DNA of 64,000 nucleotides from Bacillota bacterium. Lineage in GTDB: Bacteria; Bacillota; Dehalobacteriia; UBA4068. The translations under genes and the position numbers were made by a program. Below are positions 39,033 through 49,259 of the stretch, piece after piece. The stretch lies in contig JAILCQ010000009.1 in the NCBI GenBank assembly GCA_024679955.1, positions 76,814-140,813 of the forward strand, read 5' to 3'. Position 1 is the stretch's first letter. Each line of letters begins with the position of its first letter. The notes beneath the pieces are model-generated. The model made no database searches, was not told where the DNA came from, and saw only the letters and a list, made by a program, of their open reading frames with translations.

Positions 39033-41389
39033 TGCCGGTCACCACCTTGACGGTTGAAGGGCTTGACCGGAGACAGGCCGATCAAGACAAATACGCCGAT
39101 GGCGGCCACGGCGATCACCGATATCTCGCCCATGGTGTCCAAGCCGCGGAAGTCCACCAGAATGACGTTGACGATATTGGAGCCCCCGGTCAAAGCTTTG
39201 GCGTTTTCCACATAATAACCGGAGATGCCGGAAAACATGCGGTTGCTCTGGCCGATGAGGGCCACCAGCGAAACGCAGCAGCCGGTCAGTAGGGCGATCA
39301 GCAAATTGAAGCGTTTGCGCCGCCTGCTTTGGGGTTTATCGGCAAAGGAGGCGGGCAGATGACGGAAAGCGAGGAAAAACAGGGCCAGGGAAACGGTTTC
39401 GATCAACAATTGGGTAAGCGCCAGATCCGGCGCGCAAAAGACGGCAAAAAAGAAGGAAACGGAATAGCCGATGGCCCCCAGGGAAAGAACGGCCGGTATG
39501 CGGTTTTGGCTTCGGACCACGGCGATGGCGGCCGCGATGATGCAGGCGGCCCATGCGTATGCAAAGGGACTGACCGGCGAGATTTCCGGCAGCAGACGCA
39601 GCCCATGGACATGGCAGAAAATGGAGCCCAGGGTCATGCATAGAAAAAACAGCAGATTGAAGACTATATAGTCCTGCAATCTTCTGGTCATATACAGATC
39701 CGTCACTTTACCGGCGGCGGCGATCAGCCCATTGCCGGGGATCAGCCGGTCGTATACGGCGTTGGCGGAGCACAGCTTCGGCAGACCAAAGAAAAGCTTT
39801 CGCGCTTGGGGCCAGGCTTTGTACAGGGCAAAGCCCAGGGCAAAGACGAGCAGGGTCATCAGCAGGCTGAGGTTGAAGCCGTGCCAAAAGGCGATATGTA
39901 TGCGTACCGTTTCGCCCAACAGGCCGCTTATGGCCGGCGTCAGCAGATATCGGGCCAGCAGATTGGGGAAAAAGGCTATGATCAAGGTAAAAGAAGCCAG
40001 GATGGCGCTGGGCCAGAGCATGATCCTCGGGGCTTCATGAGGCGTCTGGGGCAAAGCGGCGGGCAAAGGGCCGGCGAAGACCCGGAAAAGGATCAACAGG
40101 CAATAGGCGAAAGTGAAAATACTGCCCAACACCGCCAAAGCGGGGATCAGCCAGGCGGCGCCGCCGAGAAAGGCCAAATTGCCGGAAACCGCTTCCAGGG
40201 CGCTGCCGAAAAACAGCTCCTTGCTGAGAAAACCGTTGAACGGAGGCAACCCGGCCATGGCCAAACAGCCGCAGGCCGCCAGAACGGCAGTGCGGGGCAT
40301 GACCTTCGCCAGGCCGCCCAGCCGGCGGACGTCCCGGGTGCCGCAGCTATGGTCGATCATGCCCGCCACCAGGAACAGGCTGCCTTTGAAGGTAGCGTGG
40401 TTGACGGTATGGAACAGGGCGGCGGTCAACGATGCTTGGCTGCCGAAGCCGATCAAAGCGACGATCAGCCCCAATTGGCTTACCGTGGAATAGGCCAAAA
40501 TGGCTTTGAGATCCGTTTGTTTCAGGGCCTGATACGCGCCCCAAATCAGCGAAAGCAGACCGACGCCGGAAACCGCGGCGAACCACAGCGCATTGCCGCC
40601 CAGCAGAGGCGTCATGATCAGCAGCAAATATATGCCCGCTTTGACCATGGTGGCGCTGTGCAGAAAACAGGAGATGGGGGTAGGCGCTTCCATAGCGTCC
40701 GGCAGCCAAATATGAAAAGGGATTTGGGCGCTTTTGGTGAAAGCGCCCAAAACCGTTAGGATAAGGATCGGTATATAGGCGGGAGAATGGAGGATCAGTT
40801 CTTTTCTTTGCAGCAGCGTATCGATATCCAGGGAGCCGGCAACGGTGTAGAGCAGGACGAAAGCGGCAAAAAGACAGAACCCGCCGCAAACGGTGAGGAA
40901 TAAAGCTTTTTGCGCACCGTAACGGGCCCGAGAACGGTCATGCCAGAAGCCGATCAACAAAAAGGATGTAACGGAGGTCCATTCCCAAAATAAGTAAAGA
41001 ACCATGAGGTTGCGGGCGACGACGACCCCCAGCATGGCTCCTAAAAAGAATAGGATCAAACAATAGTATGCGGTCAGATTTTCCTGCGGTTTGAGATATC
41101 CGATGGAATAGCAGCAGATCAAAGCGCCGATGCCGGAAATCAGCAGGGCGAAAATAAGAGAAACCCCGTTTAAGCCCAAGGCAAAATCAATGCCCAATTG
41201 GGGCAGCAGGGGGCAGGAAAAAGCCGCCCCCGCGCCGGCGGCCACCCGGGGGATTTGCCAAACAAAATAGAGGAACAGGACGATCGGTACGGGCAGGACG
41301 AATAGCCCGGCCCGCGGAGACAGTTTGCATCCGCAACAGGCGAGAGCAATACCGTATAGAAAGGGTAATAAGATGATTGCCGCTAACAT
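39029..41389 (-). CDS. mrpA: Na+/H+ antiporter subunit A
   Basis: NuoL-like. Start taken at the internal MLAAIILLPF (AAGAGG RBS) rather than the upstream in-frame Met; a roughly 470-nt leader follows. Confidence 0.85.
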   Translation of the reverse strand: MLAAIILLPFLYGIALACCGCKLSPRAGLFVLPVPIVLFLYFVWQIPRVAAGAGAAFSCPLLPQLGIDFALGLNGVSLIFALLISGIGALICCYSIGYLKPQENLTAYYCLILFFLGAMLGVVVARNLMVLYLFWEWTSVTSFLLIGFWHDRSRARYGAQKALFLTVCGGFCLFAAFVLLYTVAGSLDIDTLLQRKELILHSPAYIPILILTVLGAFTKSAQIPFHIWLPDAMEAPTPISCFLHSATMVKAGIYLLLIMTPLLGGNALWFAAVSGVGLLSLIWGAYQALKQTDLKAILAYSTVSQLGLIVALIGFGSQASLTAALFHTVNHATFKGSLFLVAGMIDHSCGTRDVRRLGGLAKVMPRTAVLAACGCLAMAGLPPFNGFLSKELFFGSALEAVSGNLAFLGGAAWLIPALAVLGSIFTFAYCLLILFRVFAGPLPAALPQTPHEAPRIMLWPSAILASFTLIIAFFPNLLARYLLTPAISGLLGETVRIHIAFWHGFNLSLLMTLLVFALGFALYKAWPQARKLFFGLPKLCSANAVYDRLIPGNGLIAAAGKVTDLYMTRRLQDYIVFNLLFFLCMTLGSIFCHVHGLRLLPEISPVSPFAYAWAACIIAAAIAVVRSQNRIPAVLSLGAIGYSVSFFFAVFCAPDLALTQLLIETVSLALFFLAFRHLPASFADKPQSRRRKRFNLLIALLTGCCVSLVALIGQSNRMFSGISGYYVENAKALTGGSNIVNVILVDFRGLDTMGEISVIAVAAIGVFVLIGLSPVKPFNRQGGDRQ

Positions 41390-41858
41390 ATCGAGCCTCT
41401 TTACCGGACAGTACCGTCCTATAGCAATATTTCCCATAAGCAGCCAGCTATAGGATGATAATTGTTTTTTATTGTACAGTATGAGTAATGCGTTTGTCAA
41501 TAGATATGCCTGGTATCCGAGGATGGTTTTGTAGGATGCCTCTGCCATTTTTGAAAAAGCGATATCTATATAAGCGACCAAAGAATGCAGATTATTACAA
41601 GCTGTTATTATGAGGATGCGCGAATGTGCAAAAAAACGATATGTGATTTGTGCAAAGATGCATTTTTGTATGGAACTCCGGCAGTTTTTGGCAAATGTCC
41701 TGCGGTGAAAACAGCGGCGGTATCGCTTAATGAAAAGCGTCCGCCGGTATCCGCCGCTACATAGACAAACGGCAGGTTATCCCAGCACCGGCTGGGTAAC
41801 ATCTGCCGTTTGATTCTATGCGTTTTGCGGGGAACGTCCGCCGTTCCACCTAATAATC

Positions 41859-42932
41859 CTATGCGTGTATGCCTTCCTGATAATCCGTGGAAAGCTGTAT
41901 TTCCGCAAAGGTGTTCATTTCATTGATGATGGCCAAAGCGTCGTCCACAATACCCATGGCGATGGGGCAGCCGCTGCCTTCGCCCAAGCGCATATCCATG
42001 AGCAAAAACGGCTTCATATCCATAGCCCGGCAGGCCATTTCATAGGCCGGTTCTTTGGAGATATGGGAAGGAATCAAAAAGTCTTTGACCAAAGGCTGGA
42101 AGCAATAGGCCAGCAATGCGCCGGCAATGGCGATCACCCCGTCGACGATGATGGGGATGCGATAGTAAGCCGCGCCGATATACATGCCGCACATGGCGGC
42201 GATATCCAGGCCGCCGACTTTGCTGAGGATATCCAAAAAGTCGTTGGGATCCGGCCGGTGCAGGGCCAAAGCGTCCGCGATCACCTGTTTTTTCCGGGCG
42301 TAGGCTTCATCGGTCAGCCCGGCGCCCCGGCCCACGCCATGATGCAGATCATAATCCTGCAAAACGGCTTTGATGCAGGCGGCGGCGGTGGTGGTATTGC
42401 CCATGCCCACTTCGCCGGCGCTGATGATCGTATAGCCGCTGTCCATGGCTTCTTTTACCAGGTTAAAGCCGGTTTCCACCGCTTTTTCTGCGATTTCCCT
42501 GGGCATAGCCGCTTCCTTGGCCATATTATTGGTGCCGTTGGGCATCAGTTTGACCCGGCGGACATTGCCCTGGACTTCGCCGATAATGCCCATATCCACG
42601 GTATAGAGATCGATGTTATGCTGCCGGCAGAGGACGGTGATGCCGCAATTGACGCCCTGGCAGTAAAAGCCCATCAGCAATCTGGTGAATTCCTGGGGGC
42701 TGGCCGTCACGCCTTCGGCATATACGCCGTTATCCGCGCCGAACAGATAATGGGCCTTTTTGTCCGCCCGGTTTTTCACCTGACCGGTGATGCCGGCGAT
42801 TTGGATCGATATTTTTTCCAGCATGCCCAGACTGCCCGCCGGTTTTACCAAAGAATCCTGATATTCAGCCGCTTGTTTCATGGCTTGCGCATCCAAAGGT
42901 TGGATCGCCGCCTTGATTTCTTGCCAATTCAT
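41859..42932 (-). CDS. cobT: nicotinate-nucleotide--dimethylbenzimidazole phosphoribosyltransferase
   Basis: 357 aa with the CobT fold and the GEVGMGNTT motif. Confidence 0.9.
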   Translation of the reverse strand: MNWQEIKAAIQPLDAQAMKQAAEYQDSLVKPAGSLGMLEKISIQIAGITGQVKNRADKKAHYLFGADNGVYAEGVTASPQEFTRLLMGFYCQGVNCGITVLCRQHNIDLYTVDMGIIGEVQGNVRRVKLMPNGTNNMAKEAAMPREIAEKAVETGFNLVKEAMDSGYTIISAGEVGMGNTTTAAACIKAVLQDYDLHHGVGRGAGLTDEAYARKKQVIADALALHRPDPNDFLDILSKVGGLDIAAMCGMYIGAAYYRIPIIVDGVIAIAGALLAYCFQPLVKDFLIPSHISKEPAYEMACRAMDMKPFLLMDMRLGEGSGCPIAMGIVDDALAIINEMNTFAEIQLSTDYQEGIHA

Positions 42933-42963
42933 TTTTTACCTCCCCAAGATACGAAGATAAATT

Positions 42964-43626
42964 CTAAAGAATATGCATGATCACTTCGCGAAACTCCCGC
43001 ACATGGGTTTCCATGGCTGTGCGGGCTTTTTCCTGGTCATGCTCCATGATGGCGGTCAGGATATCTTTCAGGTTATCCATCGAAGCCGCCACATTGCCGA
43101 TATTGCTCATGTTGTAATACCAGCCCCGGGTGCAGCGGTCGTCCACTTCTTCGCAGATTTCGTTTAAAGATTGATTCAAAACACAGCTGCGGATGATCAG
43201 ATGAAACTGCTGATCCAAAAGCGCCAGTTGTTCGCTGCTTTTTGCCGGGTTATGCTCTTTGATCTCCTGAATGATCGCCTGCAAGGCGTCGATTTTTTCT
43301 TCGGTGATGGTTTCAACGGCCAAGGCAGCGCTGAGACCTTCCAACACCTCGCGGATTTGATATAGGTTTTTCAATTCCAGCAGATTGATATCCTCCGCAA
43401 AGGTGCCGAAACGGGGCAATATTTTCAATAGCTTTTTATTCTGCAACTTCAGCAACAGTTCGCGCAAAGGCGTACGTCCGATGCCGAATTCGTCGCATAA
43501 TTCTTTTTCATTGATGATTTGCCCCGGTTGATAATGTAAATATACCAGACGGTGACGCAGTATATCATACACTTCTTCCTTGTCTTTTTTTTGGACAGCG
43601 GTGGCGGATTGGCTTGCCTGTTCCAT
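42964..43626 (-). CDS. GntR-family (FadR/FCD subfamily) transcriptional regulator
   Basis: N-terminal wHTH (GQIINEKELCDEFGIGRTPLRELL) and an FCD C-terminal domain. It is divergent from the BCCT-mtmB cluster. Confidence 0.85.
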   Translation of the reverse strand: MEQASQSATAVQKKDKEEVYDILRHRLVYLHYQPGQIINEKELCDEFGIGRTPLRELLLKLQNKKLLKILPRFGTFAEDINLLELKNLYQIREVLEGLSAALAVETITEEKIDALQAIIQEIKEHNPAKSSEQLALLDQQFHLIIRSCVLNQSLNEICEEVDDRCTRGWYYNMSNIGNVAASMDNLKDILTAIMEHDQEKARTAMETHVREFREVIMHIL

Positions 43627-43707
43627 ACTTATACGCTCCTAATAATATGTAAAAGATGTTTATTATAATGGAAGCTATTATTCATTATACAGTGATTCCT
43701 GCCAAAA

Positions 43708-43721
43708 GGCAATATATTGCC
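43708..43721. promoter_or_regulatory. perfect 14-bp palindrome GGCAATATATTGCC (candidate GntR operator)
   Basis: Self-complementary sequence in the divergent intergenic region between the GntR and BCCT genes. Confidence 0.4.
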
Positions 43722-44308
43722 AAGAATTGTATAAAGAAAATATATAACGAAGTAAACTTTTTCTATCTCCGCAAGTTTTTTGTCACTAAGATAATAAATT
43801 TTATTTATCGCATTGGCAGGAAAAAGCTTTTTCCTATCGTATATAAATTATATATCAATAAAATATTAATAATATATTATATGGATTTTCGATTCAGGCA
43901 ATGCTGTAACGATAGATTCATGTTCATGGTTGAAACAGGCGGCAAGCTCGGATTGGCGCATAGAAAGGAAAACAACAAGGGAGGCATAGACAAACAATCG
44001 TGATATGCCGTTTGCAGGCGACCGCCGGGACGCAATGGGCGCGCCGGCGGTTGCCGTCATAGGGAACGGTATTTTGATCGGAGCTTGCGGCTTGTCGCAA
44101 TAACGCAGCGCAGACAGAATAACGAGAACAGGTCTTTCTATGTACGCCGCAGATTTTCTACTGGCGGCCGGTCGGACGGATGGCGGGGATCCGGGACTTC
44201 AAGCGGCAGAGTGCATATACGCAGCTGTACGCCCTGCTTTGATGCATGGAGTTTTCCCGCCGGGCATGAGAACCCGTTGCGATTTGAAAATAAGGAGTTG
44301 AGTTTACC

Positions 44309-45907
44309 ATGAACAGCCTACAAACATCCGGTCAGCCTGAACCGGCAGGTAAGACCATACATGACTTGAACAAAGGCGTTTTTTGGCCGGCCTTGATCGT
44401 TATCGGTTTGATTGTCTCCTTGCTGTTGCTATTTCCCAGTCAAGGCAATTTGACGATCAATGCCACGTTGCACTGGATAGAATACCGTTTGGATTGGTTT
44501 TTTGAGATTGGCAATTTCGGTTTTTTGCTCTTTGGACTGTATATGGCTTTTGGTAAATATGGCAAAGTAAAAATGGGAGATCCTCTATCGAAGCCGGAAT
44601 TTTCCACTTTAAGCTGGGCGGCGATGTTGTTTTGTACCGGAATCGGTTCCAGTTTGATCTATTGGGGCGTTTGCGAACCTTTGTCTTATTGGGGTTGGCC
44701 CCCCTTTGGACTGGAGGCCTATTCTTTGGAAGCCGCGGACTGGGGCGTGCCCTATGTGATGTTCCATTGGGGGATCATGGGATGGGTGCCTGCCGTTATC
44801 CCCGGCTTGGCGGTGGGTTTTGCCTATCACAATCGCAGCAACGGATCCTTGGCCATTTCCCAGGCCTGCGTGCCTTTGATCGGGCAGGCCAGGGCGAATG
44901 GCCTGTTGGGCAAGATCATTGATATTCTGGTGATTTTCGGTATCATGGGTGCTGCGGCCACTTCTTTAGGCATCGGCGTTCCGCAGTTGACGGAAGCGAT
45001 ATCCCAGTTGTTCCATGTTCCCGTTACCTCGTTTATGCAGATCATGGTGCTGCTCATATGGGTATGCATATTTGGTTTCAGCGTGTACAGCGGCTTGTAT
45101 AAAGGCATCAAGAAGCTCTCGGATATCAACGTTTATTTAGCCTTCTTTTTATTGGCCGCCGTTATCGTTTTGGGGCCAACCGCGTTTATTCTCTCCAATA
45201 TGACCAATGGCTTTGGCCTGATGCTGCAGAATTTTGTGCGGATGTGTTTCTACACCGACGCCATCGGCGGCAGCGGTTTTCCTCAGGAGTGGACGGTATT
45301 CTTTTATGCCTGGTGGATTTGCTACGGCCCGCTGATCGGCATTTTCCTGGCGCGGGTTTCCAAAGGCCGTACCTTCCGGGAAGTGGTTCTGTGCTGCATC
45401 CTTTTTGCGTCGCTGGGCTGCTGGCTGGTGACCGGCATTTTCGGCAGCTATGCCGTGAACCTGCAAACAACCGGAGCCGTGGATTTGCTGGGGATTTATG
45501 CGGAGCAAGGCGGCGCGGCCGCTATGGTGGCAACCATTACCTCCTTGCCTGGGGCTGAATTCTTCTTAGTGGTGTTCATCGTGTTACAATTCATTTTTAT
45601 GGCCACCACTTTGGATTCCGCCGCTTTCGTGATGGCCTGCAATTGCACCAAAAATTTAAAAGGCGAGGAACAGCCCAATCGCAATTTGCGGGTGATTTGG
45701 GCATGTATGCTGGGCGCTTTGGGTTTAGGCGTGCTGCTGATCGGCACACTCAAAGCGGTGCAATCCACTTCCATCATTGGTTCCGTACCGATCTTTCTCG
45801 TGTGGATCGTCTTGATCTGTTCCCTGTTGCGTTGGCTAAAGAGCACCTATGGAAGCGGCCCCATCGATGTGAACAAACCGGCGCCCCGGGATGAAGACGC
45901 GGCTTGA
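44309..45907 (+). CDS. BCCT-family (betaine/carnitine/choline) transporter
   Basis: 532 aa, 12 TM segments, BCCT signature region (WTVFFYAWW..). Confidence 0.9.
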   Translation: MNSLQTSGQPEPAGKTIHDLNKGVFWPALIVIGLIVSLLLLFPSQGNLTINATLHWIEYRLDWFFEIGNFGFLLFGLYMAFGKYGKVKMGDPLSKPEFSTLSWAAMLFCTGIGSSLIYWGVCEPLSYWGWPPFGLEAYSLEAADWGVPYVMFHWGIMGWVPAVIPGLAVGFAYHNRSNGSLAISQACVPLIGQARANGLLGKIIDILVIFGIMGAAATSLGIGVPQLTEAISQLFHVPVTSFMQIMVLLIWVCIFGFSVYSGLYKGIKKLSDINVYLAFFLLAAVIVLGPTAFILSNMTNGFGLMLQNFVRMCFYTDAIGGSGFPQEWTVFFYAWWICYGPLIGIFLARVSKGRTFREVVLCCILFASLGCWLVTGIFGSYAVNLQTTGAVDLLGIYAEQGGAAAMVATITSLPGAEFFLVVFIVLQFIFMATTLDSAAFVMACNCTKNLKGEEQPNRNLRVIWACMLGALGLGVLLIGTLKAVQSTSIIGSVPIFLVWIVLICSLLRWLKSTYGSGPIDVNKPAPRDEDAA

Positions 45908-45983
45908 GCAGCCGGGTTTTTTATTCTCTGTTGAGGAAAATCTATAAAGACCTGTTTTCGTTATGCAAAATTCCAGTTTTCCC

Positions 45984-46012
45984 TTGACAATTTCTTATAA
46001 TATTATTAATAT
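45984..46012 (+). promoter_or_regulatory. sigma-A-type promoter of the corrinoid-protein/mtmB-like operon
   Basis: TTGACA, 17 nt, then TAATAT, followed by an approximately 200-nt leader. Confidence 0.45.
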
Positions 46013-46211
46013 ATTAGTAACATATAACATGAGCCGCAAATAAATTGGCGCTGCAAAGTTGATTTCAAGATACAGGAAAAAGGCAAAGCCATCCGTCGTA
46101 AAAGCCGCTCCGGCAAGATGTTGTTTGCATATGCTGCGATCAAGCTGAGGCGTAAGCTGTTGCTTGCCAAGCTTTGGCCGCATAGGAATTCACTTTAAGG
46201 AGGTTGTAAAA

Positions 46212-46847
46212 ATGTCTGATTTGTATGCGCAAATGAAACAGTCCATACTGGATTTGGATAGCGATTTGGCGGTAGAGTTGGCGGAAAAAGCCCTGGACGC
46301 GGGTATGGCTCCTTTGGAGGCCATAGAGAAAGGGTTTGCCCCCGGCATGGAGGAAATCGGCGAAATGTTTGACCGCCTGGAAATATTCTTACCGGAAGTG
46401 ATTTTGGCGGCGGACGCGATGATCGCCGCTGTGGAAAGACTGAAGCAAAACATCGAGCATGCGGAGGTGGGCTTTCAGGGACGGGTGGTCATCGGCACGA
46501 TCAAAGGCGACGTGCATGATATCGGCAAAAATATTATCAAAACCATGTTGATCGCCACCGGCTTCGAGGTATTGGATTTGGGTAAGGACGTTTCTCCCAA
46601 CACCTATGTGGAAAGAGCCGTAGAGGCGGACGCGGATATCATCGCTATGTCGGCCTTATGTACCTCCACCATGCTGCATATGCCGGATGTGGTGCGTATC
46701 CTCAACGAAGAAGGATTGCGCAGCCGCTTCAAAGTCATTGCCGGCGGGGCGCCGGTTTTGCCCGACTGGGCGTATAGTTGGGGCGCCGACGGTTATGGAG
46801 ATAGCGCCTCCGAAGCCGTGCAATTGTGCAAACGACTGACCCGTTAG
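46212..46847 (+). CDS. corrinoid (B12-binding) protein, MtmC/MtbC-like
   Basis: N-terminal B12-binding_2 cap plus a Rossmann B12 domain carrying the DVHDIGKN (DxHxxG) motif. AAGGAGG RBS. Confidence 0.9.
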   Translation: MSDLYAQMKQSILDLDSDLAVELAEKALDAGMAPLEAIEKGFAPGMEEIGEMFDRLEIFLPEVILAADAMIAAVERLKQNIEHAEVGFQGRVVIGTIKGDVHDIGKNIIKTMLIATGFEVLDLGKDVSPNTYVERAVEADADIIAMSALCTSTMLHMPDVVRILNEEGLRSRFKVIAGGAPVLPDWAYSWGADGYGDSASEAVQLCKRLTR

Positions 46848-46910
46848 CGGGAAGGGTAGAAACCTCAAACATGCTCGTGAAAGAATAAACAAAAAGGAGG
46901 CGTATCTGCC

Positions 46911-48308
46911 ATGTACGTTAGTTATCAGGAAGTATTACATCGCGCCGAGACCGGAGCCTTGATGAAAGAATCGGATTTCGACCGCAAGGTGGGCCAAACG
47001 GCCCGGGAATTGGTAAAAAAATATGATTTGCAGTATGATCCTGATGTGGCGGTCAATTATGACGACGATATCGCCGACCGGTTTTTTGAAGCGGCTTTGG
47101 ATTTCTTTGTGGAAGTGGGCGTGTATATCACCGAATACCAGCGGGTGGTGAAGTTCACCAGGGAAGAAACCTTGGATACCATTGCCGGCGTCCTTTCGCA
47201 AGTGCAATATGGCCGCAATAAGGACGCCAAAGATGTTTGGAAACGAAGAATCGAAGATTATATCGATCCCTTTATCGTGTTCAGCCCGGTGGGCAATCCG
47301 GTGGATCAGGAATTGTTCCAGGCTTTTATCCAGCACTATGCTCAGGAGCGGATCACGGACGCTTTGTTCAGTCCTGTTTTGACCAAATTCAACGGCCAAC
47401 CTGTGAAATCCGACGTGGCCTCGGAAATGGAGGCTTCCATCTGGAATTTGAAGACCCTGCGGGAAGCCGCGCGTATGGTGGGCCGTCCGGATATCGGTTT
47501 ATGCAACTGGGCTTCTACGGCGGAGCGCACCGACGTGGTCATCGCCCTGGCGGATCCCGCTTTCGGTTCGATTGTCAACGACGGCGTTTTGGTTGCGGCC
47601 ATCGCCGAAATGAAAGTGGATCAGGAGCGTCTGAAAAAAGTCAGCTACTTGCGGCAAAGAGGCTTCATACTGGAAGGCCTGCTGGGGCCGCTGATGGGCG
47701 GATATGCCGGCGGCCCGGCGGAGACCTCGATCTGCCTGATTGCCCACCATTTTCTGGCCGCTTGTGTCTATCGTACCGATATCAATGTAGGGTTCCCGAT
47801 CCATATCAATTATTGTTGCAATACCACGGCGGAAATGCTCTGGCTGACCTCTATCACCAATCAGGCTTTGGCCAGGAACTGCAACATACTTAAAATGGCC
47901 AATATGTTCAATCATGCCGGGCCGAATACCGAATGCTGTATGTTGGAATCCGCCTGTTACGGCTTAGCGGCCACCGTTTCCGGGGCCGATGCTTTGGATT
48001 TGGGCGCTTTGACCATGAACCGCCATCCCATGCGTTGGGCGGTGCAGGAACCGAAACTGGCTGCGGAAGTGGGACATATTGCGGCAAGGATGGGTATGAC
48101 CAGGCAGCAAGCCAATACCATTGTAAAAGCCTTGCTTCCCGAGTATCAGCATTTGCTGGGAACGATGCCTCTGGGGTCCACGTGGACGGAATGCTATGAT
48201 ACGGAGCGCTTGGTACCCACCGGCGATTATGCGGATTTGGTAGAGCGGATGCATAAAAAGCTGGAAAGTTTCGGCTTGGATTGGCAAGCGCTTCGGGTGG
48301 ATAGATGA
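46911..48308 (+). CDS. monomethylamine-methyltransferase (MtmB) family substrate:corrinoid methyltransferase, non-pyrrolysine homolog
   Basis: 465 aa colinear with Methanosarcina MtmB, sharing motifs such as GGYAGG, STNT.E and a C-terminal TECYD motif. The MtmB Pyl position (GRPGMGV-O-GPETS) aligns with GRPDIGL-C-NWAST, so Pyl is replaced by Cys and there is no in-frame TAG. Confidence 0.7.
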   Translation: MYVSYQEVLHRAETGALMKESDFDRKVGQTARELVKKYDLQYDPDVAVNYDDDIADRFFEAALDFFVEVGVYITEYQRVVKFTREETLDTIAGVLSQVQYGRNKDAKDVWKRRIEDYIDPFIVFSPVGNPVDQELFQAFIQHYAQERITDALFSPVLTKFNGQPVKSDVASEMEASIWNLKTLREAARMVGRPDIGLCNWASTAERTDVVIALADPAFGSIVNDGVLVAAIAEMKVDQERLKKVSYLRQRGFILEGLLGPLMGGYAGGPAETSICLIAHHFLAACVYRTDINVGFPIHINYCCNTTAEMLWLTSITNQALARNCNILKMANMFNHAGPNTECCMLESACYGLAATVSGADALDLGALTMNRHPMRWAVQEPKLAAEVGHIAARMGMTRQQANTIVKALLPEYQHLLGTMPLGSTWTECYDTERLVPTGDYADLVERMHKKLESFGLDWQALRVDR

Positions 48309-48392
48309 TTTCCTGGCATATTGCTTGCTTCCGGCGAGGCCTTGTTGCAAGCGCCTCGCCGGATATTACGCTTTGGGAAAGGGGAAGTAGCA

Positions 48393-49037
48393 ATGCCGCC
48401 GCTTATTATCGCAAGACAATGGTTGGACGATTATGCGGAAAAGGCCTTTCGGGAACTATGCGGCATAGACCGTAGACCAAAACGATTGGCTTCTCTGTGG
48501 GAAAAAGCATTGCGCCTACGGGATGAAGCTACCGGCGACTGGCAATGCCGCTTTACCTGGCGCAGCTTTCGCCAATTCTCTCTGCAAGGCGATACGCTGG
48601 AGATCGAGGGCATACGTTTTGTTTCCGGCGATCTAGCGGGGTATGGAGAACAGCAGATCGACGAGATCCTCGTTTATTTGTTTCGCGGCCCTGCCTGGCA
48701 GGCGGAGGAAGGTTTGCCCACGATAGAATTGTTGCTGAAAAACAATTGGGCCTCCGCCTATGTGATGGCGGCGTTTAAATATCTGCGCCAATATTTTAGC
48801 CGGCGCTTGTTTCCCGATCAGGCGCTTTCGCCTTCACTGGCCCCCGGTTACGGCTTTTCCTGCCGGCAGGTGGAAGCCTTTTTCCAACTGGTAAACGGCG
48901 GCGCCATCGGCATAGAGTTGACGGAGGAAGGCCTCATACGCCCCTTCAACAGTTGCGTGGGTCTATATCTGGTCTATCGCCGGCCGCGGCTGGAATTGCC
49001 TTTTGGCGAAAATCCGGCGGGAAAGGTAAGCCAATGA
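48393..49037 (+). CDS. vitamin-B12-dependent methionine synthase activation-domain (Met_synt_B12) protein
   Basis: LAPGYGFSCRQVEAFFQLVNGGAIGIELTEEGLIRPFNSCVGLYLVY matches the MetH reactivation-domain C-terminal motifs. It is the second such gene in the window. Confidence 0.7.
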   Translation: MPPLIIARQWLDDYAEKAFRELCGIDRRPKRLASLWEKALRLRDEATGDWQCRFTWRSFRQFSLQGDTLEIEGIRFVSGDLAGYGEQQIDEILVYLFRGPAWQAEEGLPTIELLLKNNWASAYVMAAFKYLRQYFSRRLFPDQALSPSLAPGYGFSCRQVEAFFQLVNGGAIGIELTEEGLIRPFNSCVGLYLVYRRPRLELPFGENPAGKVSQ

Positions 49038-49187
49038 TCCTTTTGCGCCGGAGATCGGGCGGAAGGCGGCAAACGCCAGGCGCGTTGGCTGCCGGACTTT
49101 GTCGGCCGGCTGCGATCTGCTTTCTTCCGCAGGATAGGAAAGCGCCGTACAAAAGAAAAAACCGCCTTTCCGCAAAAGGCGATTGCG

Positions 49188-49230
49188 AGACCGTATTCTG
49201 TCCGGGCTGATAAACGATCGATTTATCAGC
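49188..49230. terminator. 18-bp perfect inverted repeat with a 7-nt loop (bidirectional terminator)
   Basis: tctgtccgggctgataaa-cgatcga-tttatcagcccggacaga, lying between convergent genes and followed by a T-rich tract. Confidence 0.6.
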
Positions 49231-49259
49231 CCGGACAGATTGTATTCGTTTATTTGCAA

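Noticed and set aside
39029-41581. 850-aa extended MrpA using the upstream in-frame Met
   Set aside because: The N-terminal 64 residues are non-MrpA-like, and a good RBS precedes the internal MLAAIILLPF start, so I chose the shorter CDS.
46911-48308. Assignment of the methyltransferase to the MttB (trimethylamine methyltransferase) superfamily
   Set aside because: Block-by-block comparison fits MtmB better, including the C-terminal ...TECYD... region and GGYAGG. I kept MtmB-family, pending an HMM check.
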